Shown one piece after another: positions 52,546-60,374 of a stretch of DNA of 64,000 nt; position 1 is the stretch's first letter; each line of letters opens with the position of its first letter. Below the pieces are notes generated by a model. It saw nothing but the letters and a program-made list of their open reading frames with translations. It did no database searches and was not told the DNA's origin. The position numbers and the translations under genes are program-made. The stretch comes from a virus, in IMG/VR virus record IMGVR_UViG_3300005573_000005, one strand, 5' to 3'.

Positions 52546-54606
52546 GTGAAAAAACTTTCTGAAATACTTTTTCTATTTTTACTATCTTCGTTATCTTATG
52601 CTGAAGTAGTCATGATAGGTGTTGATACCAATACAGGTGTAATTTATCCACCTATAGGTGGTCTTACAAATAATTTTAATGATTTTGTAAAGAAAGATCA
52701 ATTATTCACTGGTGCTGGTACTACGGGATTAGTTACAAGCACTTCTGCTGATACTAGTAAGTTTTTACGAGGTGATGGTACCTGGGCGACTGTAAATGGC
52801 GGAGGTGGAAGTACAGGCTCGGGGCTTTCAATCTATACTCAAAGTCTTGGCAGTGTGACTCAAGTTCTCGTCAAAGTCATTTCTGACGAACAAAGATACA
52901 ATCGTGTATATTGCAAGTGGGCGACTTCAACAAATGATGTAGCACAGACTCCTGCAATCGTTCCGCATCAGCCAGGTGGAACTGAGTGGTATGGATTTTC
53001 TGACAGTACAGGATGCTATAGTTTTGTAGCGAGCTATACTGATAGTGAACCGCAGACATGGATTCTTGCAGCAGAGAGGCGTGGCGTGCTGGAATTTTCT
53101 GCACCTATCACATTGGGAATGTTTAATCCATATCCCTGGGACAAACAATTCAATCAGCTCTGGTCTTGTTATGCATACTCGCAGGCATACGATTCAGATG
53201 GACATATAGTTGATACTGGTTGCTATCGTACAAACTGGGCGACAAACGGAATTGTATCTCCAACCTGGTGGGCGTCGACGAATGCAAGGAGTGCGTGCTA
53301 TGAATTTGCAAATCATGTGAACAATGAACCTGCGAAGCAAGTGGCGAGGCCTGAGTGGGGGACGTCATTGGGCTATGTGACGAACTGGACGTTGTCAATG
53401 TGGGTGAGCTGGTATACTGCAACCTGGGACAAGCCTGCATATGGTTTTTTTGCCACTATCGGAAATACGAATGGAGGCAATGCTGTAGTTCCATTTGGAT
53501 TGCATTATTTTGAAGCTCCTTACATGCGGTTATATGGTGCAGTGAATGGAAACTGGCTTTATTTTGGTACTGCGGGCTGGATAGGATTCTACAGCGGATT
53601 TTTGTATACACTCACAGCTACTACAAATCGAATAGTTCTGTATTCGAATATGACACCGCTCTTCACAAACACGACAGTAAACATAAACATCATCAATCTG
53701 AACACGAACAACTTGCATATTGGTTATTACACTGTCAATCAAAATTTAAGTTACACTGGCTTGCTTGACAGAGTAGCTTTCTACACGACAACGAAGTCAG
53801 TGAGTGACATTGAAGACATCTGGTGGAACACAGGGACGAACTGGGTTGTGTCTGAGTGGGATTATTACAATCGTGGCGACTGGTCAAACACGTGGACACA
53901 CAAATGTTTTCACTTTCTGACTCACGGGGGCGGAGGATATTACGACGCATATCGGCAAAATCATTCGGATATGAAACCGAATGGTGTGATACCAATTGGT
54001 ACAGACCGCCCTACACTGATTAATAGTACGAATGGAAATTCATATTTATATTTTGACGGAAATGATTATGTTCATCTGTCGTACTTCCAAGATTATGCCA
54101 GCACCGCTGGACTTGTTGGAAAAAGCAACTTGACAGTTTCAATCTGGATCAAGCCGACTGTATCTGCAGGTGCGTCAATCATAGATTACCGTTCGAAAGG
54201 CTTTGCAATATATCAGTCTGCAACGGATGTGTATTGTTACATCGGTTCTGGAAATTACGGTTATACGACAGATGGAAGTTTATCATTGAACACGTGGCAT
54301 CATCTTGTTATGATTTTTGATGGCACACAGGTTGACAATGCGAGTAGATTGAAATTGTATATTGACAATGCACAAAAGACATTGACGTTTACTGGAACTG
54401 TACCCACAACAATTCAGGATGGAGTACAACCACGCTTTTTTCTATGCAGACGTGCGGATTTAGAAGCTGGCGATTACTTTTATACAGGTTATCTTGATGA
54501 AGTTAGAATTTACGTAGGCAACGGTTCTCAATACTCGAAAGATGCTACGTGGATTAATTCATATTACACGTGGCACAAAAACACGAAAGGGTGGTTCAAT
54601 GATTAA
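52546..54606 (+). CDS. large receptor-binding/fibre-like protein with two LamG (concanavalin-A-like lectin) domains and a signal-peptide-like N terminus
   Basis: MKKLSEILFLFLLSSLSYAEV. A Gly-rich linker, NGGGGSTGSG. LamG signatures WTLSMWVSWYT...GLLDRVAFYT and LTVSIWIKPT..WHHLVMIFDG..LKLYIDN..YTGYLDEVRIY. Confidence 0.6.
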   Translation: MKKLSEILFLFLLSSLSYAEVVMIGVDTNTGVIYPPIGGLTNNFNDFVKKDQLFTGAGTTGLVTSTSADTSKFLRGDGTWATVNGGGGSTGSGLSIYTQSLGSVTQVLVKVISDEQRYNRVYCKWATSTNDVAQTPAIVPHQPGGTEWYGFSDSTGCYSFVASYTDSEPQTWILAAERRGVLEFSAPITLGMFNPYPWDKQFNQLWSCYAYSQAYDSDGHIVDTGCYRTNWATNGIVSPTWWASTNARSACYEFANHVNNEPAKQVARPEWGTSLGYVTNWTLSMWVSWYTATWDKPAYGFFATIGNTNGGNAVVPFGLHYFEAPYMRLYGAVNGNWLYFGTAGWIGFYSGFLYTLTATTNRIVLYSNMTPLFTNTTVNINIINLNTNNLHIGYYTVNQNLSYTGLLDRVAFYTTTKSVSDIEDIWWNTGTNWVVSEWDYYNRGDWSNTWTHKCFHFLTHGGGGYYDAYRQNHSDMKPNGVIPIGTDRPTLINSTNGNSYLYFDGNDYVHLSYFQDYASTAGLVGKSNLTVSIWIKPTVSAGASIIDYRSKGFAIYQSATDVYCYIGSGNYGYTTDGSLSLNTWHHLVMIFDGTQVDNASRLKLYIDNAQKTLTFTGTVPTTIQDGVQPRFFLCRRADLEAGDYFYTGYLDEVRIYVGNGSQYSKDATWINSYYTWHKNTKGWFND

Positions 54607-55009
54607 AAAAATTGTTTTGATATTATGCTTGTTTACATTCGTCATACAAGCAACAGAAATTGAGCATGTTGTCATTCTTGTAAATAACAATGTTTTTAAT
54701 ACAAAGCGAACGATATTGAAATATGTTGTGGAAAACATTTTGAGTCAAGGAATTGATAATAGAGTATTCAACGAAGGCTGGGTGTACATTGCAGAGAAAA
54801 CAAATACAAACAATCTCTGGCGTGCTTGCTGGGTCACACAGAATCAATTACCTGCACGGGTTACAACTGCAAAAATTAATACGTTGACAAATCTTGTGAA
54901 TGCCAGTAAAAACTTTAGAATTTTCATTACGACTGAACCTGTATGGACTGTTCTATTGCGTGATTTTGTGATAGTAAATCGAACAAATGAATTAAGTGTT
55001 ATACCTTGA
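54599..55009 (+). CDS. hypothetical protein with an N-terminal signal/anchor sequence
   Basis: MIKKIVLILCLFTFVIQATE. ATG 54599 overlaps the stop of the LamG gene. Confidence 0.4.
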   Translation: MIKKIVLILCLFTFVIQATEIEHVVILVNNNVFNTKRTILKYVVENILSQGIDNRVFNEGWVYIAEKTNTNNLWRACWVTQNQLPARVTTAKINTLTNLVNASKNFRIFITTEPVWTVLLRDFVIVNRTNELSVIP

Positions 55010-55021
55010 AAGGAGTTCGTT

Positions 55022-55201
55022 ATGAAAAAATTACATTCTGTATTACCACCTGCAGACGAGAATGAACGTTTAGAATTATTAGTAAAACAGATGAAAGAAC
55101 TTATACAAGAAGTTCACGAACTAAACGAGAAAATTTCTTGTTATCTTTCTGGCTTAAGAGTCGGTTGTTCTTCTTGTTGTAAGGAAGATAAGGAGCGTTA
55201 A
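55022..55201 (+). CDS. small unlisted ORF (59 aa): helical protein ending in a Cys cluster
   Basis: RBS gaaaggag 6 nt upstream. MKKLHSVLPPADENERLELLVKQMKELIQEVHELNEKISCYLSGLRVGCSSCCKEDKER. Exactly fills the gap between neighbouring genes. Confidence 0.5.
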   Translation: MKKLHSVLPPADENERLELLVKQMKELIQEVHELNEKISCYLSGLRVGCSSCCKEDKER

Positions 55202-55203
55202 TT

Positions 55204-56115
55204 ATGTTTTCGTCTTTATTAGACTTCTTTAAGAATTTATTTAAAAAGATTTTTGGAGGTAGTAATAGCAATAATTCTACTACACCTATTGTAATTTCTT
55301 ATCCTGATGATAAAGAACCTATTAAAGCTATTATGGCGACTGATATGGGTTGTATTCCTGATTTAGAGCGATTAAGAGATAACGATTTAAAGATACTACG
55401 TAACTATTACAATACTGTTTATTTTGTAGCAGACCTTCCTGATAAGTCTTATGGAGGAGAAGGGAAGGTACGTCCCTATATTGTTCCAGGTAGAACTACT
55501 ACTGCTGTTACAGATGTTCTTGTTAATAATATAAAACTTATTTGTAATAAATACAATTTCCGTGTTATGCTCACTCTTTGTAATGAACCAAGTGTCCGTA
55601 AAGGTTTATCCTGTTATATGAGTGGCTGGAATTATAAATTAGTACCTACTTCTTTGTGGTATGGTAGAGAACGTCTTGATTGCGATATTTCTGCTTACAA
55701 AGACCTTATATCTAAAGCAGGTAAATATATTTATGCTATTGTTCTTTATCTTGAACCATCTAAACGTGAAAGTATCAATTATTGTCGTGTTCTTGCTGAA
55801 ACTATTCGTAAAACTGGATGGAATGGCAGACTCTATTCTAACGGTATTGGAGAAGGTTACTGGAGTGGAGATGCTACTTTGAATGTAGGTAAAGCAAGCT
55901 CATTAAATAATCTTAAAGCCTGGTTGGGTAGTAAAGAAGATTTAAAGAATGGTGATGGTTTTTCTGAATTAAATGAAAAAACTGCTTCTGATTTAATTCC
56001 TAAACTTGTAAATTCTCCAGGTAAAGATGGTTTTATTCTCTGGTTTGATGAATATCGTGGTAGTCCAGATGGTCCAGGTAAATTACGAGAATATATGTAT
56101 AAATACGTTAAATGA
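55204..56115 (+). CDS. hypothetical protein, possibly a TIM-barrel glycoside hydrolase (GH5-like NEP motif)
   Basis: MLTLCNEPSV and VLYLEPSK could be the two catalytic-Glu strands. Weak. Confidence 0.25.
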   Translation: MFSSLLDFFKNLFKKIFGGSNSNNSTTPIVISYPDDKEPIKAIMATDMGCIPDLERLRDNDLKILRNYYNTVYFVADLPDKSYGGEGKVRPYIVPGRTTTAVTDVLVNNIKLICNKYNFRVMLTLCNEPSVRKGLSCYMSGWNYKLVPTSLWYGRERLDCDISAYKDLISKAGKYIYAIVLYLEPSKRESINYCRVLAETIRKTGWNGRLYSNGIGEGYWSGDATLNVGKASSLNNLKAWLGSKEDLKNGDGFSELNEKTASDLIPKLVNSPGKDGFILWFDEYRGSPDGPGKLREYMYKYVK

Positions 56116-56378
56116 TTGTTATGTTATTACCACCTACAACTGTAAAATATTGGCGTGTTCAACTTGAAGACCCTTATTCGGATTCTTCAGATATCCTAAT
56201 TCTATTAGATAATGGAGATAGTTATAAAGTCTCCCTGGAACTTTTTGAACATTTGCTTAAAAGAATGGATTTTAGTTGTTCAGATGTTATTCTTAATCAT
56301 TTGTGGAATGCTAAAGCTGTACGTTTAGATTTAGAAAATAAGGTTTCTCATTCTGTTTGTTATTTAACAGGATTATAA
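56112..56378 (+). CDS. small hypothetical protein
   Basis: 88-aa ORF overlapping the upstream stop. Confidence 0.4.
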   Translation: MIVMLLPPTTVKYWRVQLEDPYSDSSDILILLDNGDSYKVSLELFEHLLKRMDFSCSDVILNHLWNAKAVRLDLENKVSHSVCYLTGL

Positions 56379-56395
56379 AGAAAGGAGTTCTGACT

Positions 56396-58156
56396 ATGGC
56401 TACTATACCGCTCTATGTTTATGGACGTGCTGATACTGATTTTCTTATAACGGAAAAGTATGAGCAAAAACAATCTGATGGTTCAAGTAGAATTGTTCTT
56501 GTAGGAAAGATCCAAGAAGCAGATAAAGCTAATAGAAATGGTCGTATTTATCCAAGAAAGCTCTGGGAGAAAGTACTCTCTGAGAATTCTTCTTTTAAAA
56601 CCCTTCTTAAGGAACGTAAAGTACTTGGACAATTAGAGCATCCCGAGAAAGGAATATCCTCCTTAAAAGAGGTCTCTCATCTCGTTGAAGATGTATGGAT
56701 GGACCCTGCGACTGGAGCTGTCTATGGCAGGTTTCTTGTCTTAGACACTCCCAGCGGGAAGATTGTAAAAGAGCTCGTATCTGCTGGGATACCTGTAGGG
56801 GTTTCCAGTAGAGCTATGGGCTCTGTAAAAAGAAGTCCTGATGGCTACGATATTGTACAAGAAGATGGTTTTGAATTAAAGACTTTTGACTTTGTATGTG
56901 AGCCATCTGTAGTTGATGCTTATCCGTCTTATATAAAAGAAGCACTGGAAAATCTGTGTAAACAAAAGGAGACTAATATGAGTGATATAAAGAACGATAT
57001 TAAACTAATTTCAGAATGTGAGAGGTTTCTTGATTCCGTAGGGAGTGATTTTGCTTCTTCTAAGGAGATTTTAGAGAAGCTTGATATTGTTGACTCTTAT
57101 ATTTCTAAGCTTGCTTCTGTTGACCAGAGCCTTCGTTCAGATGCTGATATTTGTATAGGTAAATTGCTTGCTGTGAAGTCTATGCTCAAGAAATCTTTGA
57201 TAGAGTCAAGTACAGAGAGTAATGTACCTGTTGTGGAAGCAAAACCAGTAAGTAACAAAGAAGGAGATGCAAAAGTTGTGTCTAAGGTTGTTGAAGAATT
57301 ACTTACGGAGCTTCGTAGGGAGAAAAAAGAAGCTGAATCGAAAGAATCTAAGGTTGCAAAAGAAGAATCTGAGAAAGAAAGCGAAGTGAAAGAACCTGAG
57401 GTTGCAAAGGAAGAGCCTGGAAAAGAAGACGAAGTGAAAGAACCTGAGGTTGCGAAAGAAGAGTCTAGAAAAGAAGATGAAGTGAAAGAACCTGAGGTTG
57501 CGAAAGAAGAGCCTGGAAAAGAAGACGAAGTGAAAGAACCTGAGGTTGCGAAAGAAGAACCTAAAAAAGAAGACGAATTATCTTCAGATGAGAAGGAAGA
57601 AGTTCCTGTTGTTAAGGATAAATTTGAAGAACCTATAGAATTTAGAAGACGTCTTCTTAGACATAGAAGAATTAGACCAAGAAGGTTCTATAGACTTCCT
57701 TATTCTTCTGAAGACCGTTCTGATGGCGAAACTGCAGACGTATTTGACAAATCTGCGGAAATAATTGATGTTGCAGCTGAAGCTATAGATAAAGCTGCTG
57801 ATGTGATTGATAATTCAGCAGAACGTATTGCTAATCTCAGTGAGCTTGCTTCTTATCAAAGGGATTGTTTGAGAAGTGCAAATCAGTTTATATGTGCTCT
57901 TGTAGAACGTGGTCGTGAGATAAAGAAAGAATTATTTGTTTATAAGTTTTTAGAAGCTCGTCCAGATCTTAAAGGTCTTCGTGAGGAACTTAATAATTGT
58001 CGTACTGTTGTAGAATGTAAAGATTTGTTACACAATAAATACAAGATACCTTTGAATGAAATGGAGTTTGATTCAAAGAAGAAAGAAAAAGAGATATTAG
58101 AATCCAGTACAGAAAGTCGGAAAGGGTTTGTACACTTTCTGGCTAAACGATTGTAA
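56396..58156 (+). CDS. T4 gp21-like prohead core protease fused to an acidic repeat, scaffold-like C-terminal region
   Basis: ADKANRNGRIYPRKLWEKVL...VLGQLEHPEKG...VEDVWMD...GIPVGVSSRAMGS parallels T4 gp21 as I recall it (VNRNKRLYPKRILEKAV..ALGELNHP..IEDMWW..GWIPGVSSRGLGS). An E/K-rich repeat and helical region follow. Confidence 0.75.
   Translation: MATIPLYVYGRADTDFLITEKYEQKQSDGSSRIVLVGKIQEADKANRNGRIYPRKLWEKVLSENSSFKTLLKERKVLGQLEHPEKGISSLKEVSHLVEDVWMDPATGAVYGRFLVLDTPSGKIVKELVSAGIPVGVSSRAMGSVKRSPDGYDIVQEDGFELKTFDFVCEPSVVDAYPSYIKEALENLCKQKETNMSDIKNDIKLISECERFLDSVGSDFASSKEILEKLDIVDSYISKLASVDQSLRSDADICIGKLLAVKSMLKKSLIESSTESNVPVVEAKPVSNKEGDAKVVSKVVEELLTELRREKKEAESKESKVAKEESEKESEVKEPEVAKEEPGKEDEVKEPEVAKEESRKEDEVKEPEVAKEEPGKEDEVKEPEVAKEEPKKEDELSSDEKEEVPVVKDKFEEPIEFRRRLLRHRRIRPRRFYRLPYSSEDRSDGETADVFDKSAEIIDVAAEAIDKAADVIDNSAERIANLSELASYQRDCLRSANQFICALVERGREIKKELFVYKFLEARPDLKGLREELNNCRTVVECKDLLHNKYKIPLNEMEFDSKKKEKEILESSTESRKGFVHFLAKRL
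57383..57574 (+). repeat. 4 x 48-bp in-frame tandem repeat (EVKEPEVAKEEPGKED units), with a degenerate partial unit upstream from 57347
   Basis: The unit gaagtgaaagaacctgaggttgc(a/g)aa(g/a)gaagagcctggaaaagaagac repeats at 57383, 57431, 57479 and 57527. Confidence 0.9.
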
Positions 58157-58241
58157 TGTGTGTCTGCAAGCGAATGTATTTTCGCTCTGTCAGACAGTGA
58201 GTGCTTAGCTGTTTACTGCCTATCCGAAAGGAGTTGATACC

Positions 58242-59648
58242 ATGGCGAATGCACAGAATCTATATGAAGATATCCGCAAGGTTGGAGAAATGCTTGCGGA
58301 GAAGTGGTCAAATATGCCTAAGGATCAACTACCTTGCTTTGAGGACTATCCTGAGTCAAGGATAGACTTTCTGGAAGGTATTGAAGATCCTTGGAAGCGT
58401 AACCTGATTGCCATCCTTTGTGAGAACTATAGAAAACTTACAGAGGATGTGACAACTACAGGTCAATTGGCCACTTTCCCTCGCTATGTGTATCCACTGA
58501 TCCGTGCAGTGTATGCTAACATCATTACTGGCGAGCTATTTAGCGTTCAGCCTTTGACAGGTCCTACTGGATTGGTGTTCTACTGGGACATCATATACGG
58601 ATCTACAAAAGGCAACGTTACAGCTGGCAGTAAGATGTATGATGCTCTTGCAGGACCGATGACGAATGAGACAGATTATATCAGTGAAAAGATTAATAGT
58701 GAAGTACTGGCCAATGGGGATGGTAGTGCAAATCGTTTCACTGGTAATTTGTCCTGGATTCCTGTTAGAGCTGGATCTGTTATAATCACTGACGGAACTG
58801 AGACCTTTACGGATAACGGTAACGGGAATCTGACTGGCAGTGCAGGTGGTTCTGGAACGATTGACTATGTAACTGGTGCTTATGATATTACATTTAATGA
58901 AGCTCCTCCTTCTGGAGCTACTGTTGTGGCAGATTATTCCTACAATATGGAACAATCTGACCAGGTTCCAGAAGTAGAATTCCTGCTAACTTCATCACCA
59001 GTAGTAGCTCAACCGTTCAGACTACGTTCACGCTGGTCACAGGATGCCGAGTTTGACCTGAAGGCGGTGCATGGTATAGTTGCTGAAACAGAAATTGTAG
59101 GTTTCTTAGGGAATGAAATCCAGAAAGAGATCTACAATAAAATGATTCGGCAAGCTCGGGCAATTGCTCCTGGTGGTTATGTAGAGTGGGATCACACTCC
59201 GCCACTGGCAGTGCCTGAAGTCCTGCATCGTCAGACACTTGCATTGAAAGTTGTTCATGCAAGTAATGAAATCTTCAGACGTACGCAGAGATTCGGTGCA
59301 GACTGGATAGTCTGTGGTGTGGATTTTGCTGCGTACATTGAAGCTCTTCCAGACGGGTTCTTTACTCGGACTCCTGTAGCTCCTGGTACCGCAGGTGTCC
59401 ATAAGATTGGGACACTCCGTTCTGGTCAAGTGGTTTATAAGGATCCTGCATATCCAAGCAATGAGGCACTGCTGGGTCATAAGGGTACATCATTGCTCGA
59501 TGCGGGTATCATCCAGGCAGTTTACATTGGTCTTTATACAACTGATACTATCAGGCTGGATGACTTCCGTGTAAGGAAGGGGCTTGCTAACAAGTCCGCC
59601 ATAAAGGTAGTCAATCCACGGTATTATCAGAAGATGAGGATCGTGTAA
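58242..59648 (+). CDS. major capsid protein (T4 gp23-like HK97-fold family)
   Basis: Lies directly after the protease/scaffold. LIAILCENYRKL..TTTGQLATFPRYVYPLIRAVYANIITGELFSVQPLTGPTGLVFYW matches the conserved gp23-family N-terminal block (..dlvsvQPm.gP.g.vfy). Followed by a strong terminator. Confidence 0.7.
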   Translation: MANAQNLYEDIRKVGEMLAEKWSNMPKDQLPCFEDYPESRIDFLEGIEDPWKRNLIAILCENYRKLTEDVTTTGQLATFPRYVYPLIRAVYANIITGELFSVQPLTGPTGLVFYWDIIYGSTKGNVTAGSKMYDALAGPMTNETDYISEKINSEVLANGDGSANRFTGNLSWIPVRAGSVIITDGTETFTDNGNGNLTGSAGGSGTIDYVTGAYDITFNEAPPSGATVVADYSYNMEQSDQVPEVEFLLTSSPVVAQPFRLRSRWSQDAEFDLKAVHGIVAETEIVGFLGNEIQKEIYNKMIRQARAIAPGGYVEWDHTPPLAVPEVLHRQTLALKVVHASNEIFRRTQRFGADWIVCGVDFAAYIEALPDGFFTRTPVAPGTAGVHKIGTLRSGQVVYKDPAYPSNEALLGHKGTSLLDAGIIQAVYIGLYTTDTIRLDDFRVRKGLANKSAIKVVNPRYYQKMRIV

Positions 59649-59663
59649 ACTGTGAAGGATTTG

Positions 59664-59705
59664 GAGCCTGTCGGTTCTATCCCGGCAGGCTCTTTATTCT
59701 TCTTT
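59664..59705 (+). terminator. rho-independent terminator after the capsid gene
   Basis: gagcctgtcgg (59664-59674), loop ttctatc, ccggcaggctc (59682-59692; one G-U pair), then tttattcttcttt. Confidence 0.75.
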
Positions 59706-59730
59706 GCGATTTTTTGGAAGCTGTTTTACT

Positions 59731-59778
59731 TTTTTAAGTTTGTGGAGTAAAACTAGCAAAAACAAACAAAATAGGAGG
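59731..59778 (+). promoter_or_regulatory. conserved leader/promoter-like element upstream of a tagged gene
   Basis: TTTTTAAGTTTGTGGAGTAAAACTAGCAAAAACAAACAAAATAGGAGG. Compare 41914..41960. Confidence 0.4.
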
Positions 59779-59784
59779 TGAAAA

Positions 59785-60336
59785 ATGTCTAAACGTTATA
59801 TTATAGACAAATTGTTTGAGGCTGCCGGTGTGGTTTTTGAAATAAAGTTTCCTACAATAGAGTCTTATGTTGGTTTCTTAAACAGTAAAGGACTAAAAGC
59901 TACTCTACGAGATGGTAAGATTGATGTGGTAGGAGATGTTTGGTCAAGATTTATTTATATTGAGGATGAAAAGATAGTTTATCCTTTTGGTAAAATTAAC
60001 GGTGGTTTTTCAGTTTCAGGGCTTCCTCTTCATACTCTTGAAGGAGCTCCTAAGTATGTAGGTGGATTTTTTGATTGTTCTTCTTGCCGTAATCTTACAA
60101 CTCTAAAAGGAGCTCCCAGGCATGTAGAAGGCCATTTTGATTGTTCTAATTGTATAAACCTTACATCCCTTGAAGGCGCTCCTGAGTACGTAGGGGATAA
60201 CTTTTATTGTGCTTATTGTCCTAATTTAACTTCTTTGAAGGGTTTAAAGGTAGTAAAGGGTAAAATTTATGTTAGAGGAACTCCTATAAAAGACTTTTCA
60301 GGTTTTTCAAAAGATAAAGTTAAATTGTCTTTTTAA
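59785..60336 (+). CDS. short Cys-LRR-like repeat protein, paralog 5, with the N-terminal MSKRYIIDKLFE tag
   Basis: Tag, pre-repeat module (FPTIESYVGFLNSKGLKATLRDGKIDVVGD..), about 4 units, and the cap LKVVKGKIYVRGTPIKDFSGFSKDKVKLSF. Confidence 0.7.
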   Translation: MSKRYIIDKLFEAAGVVFEIKFPTIESYVGFLNSKGLKATLRDGKIDVVGDVWSRFIYIEDEKIVYPFGKINGGFSVSGLPLHTLEGAPKYVGGFFDCSSCRNLTTLKGAPRHVEGHFDCSNCINLTSLEGAPEYVGDNFYCAYCPNLTSLKGLKVVKGKIYVRGTPIKDFSGFSKDKVKLSF

Positions 60337-60368
60337 GTTTGCGGGTAAGAACGAACAGAAATAGAGGA
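60331..60368 (+). promoter_or_regulatory. third, more diverged copy of the leader element
   Basis: TTTTAAGTTTGCGGGTAAGAACGAACAGAAATAGAGGA. Overlaps the last codons of 59785..60336. Confidence 0.3.
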
Positions 60369-60374
60369 TATAAC

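Noticed and set aside
1748-55882. Plus-strand ORFs nested in other frames: 1748..1948, 46507..46707, 51027..51221 and 55661..55882.
   Set aside because: They sit fully or largely inside well-supported genes in an alternative frame. Their translations are hydrophobic and low-complexity (L/V/F-rich) with no start context.
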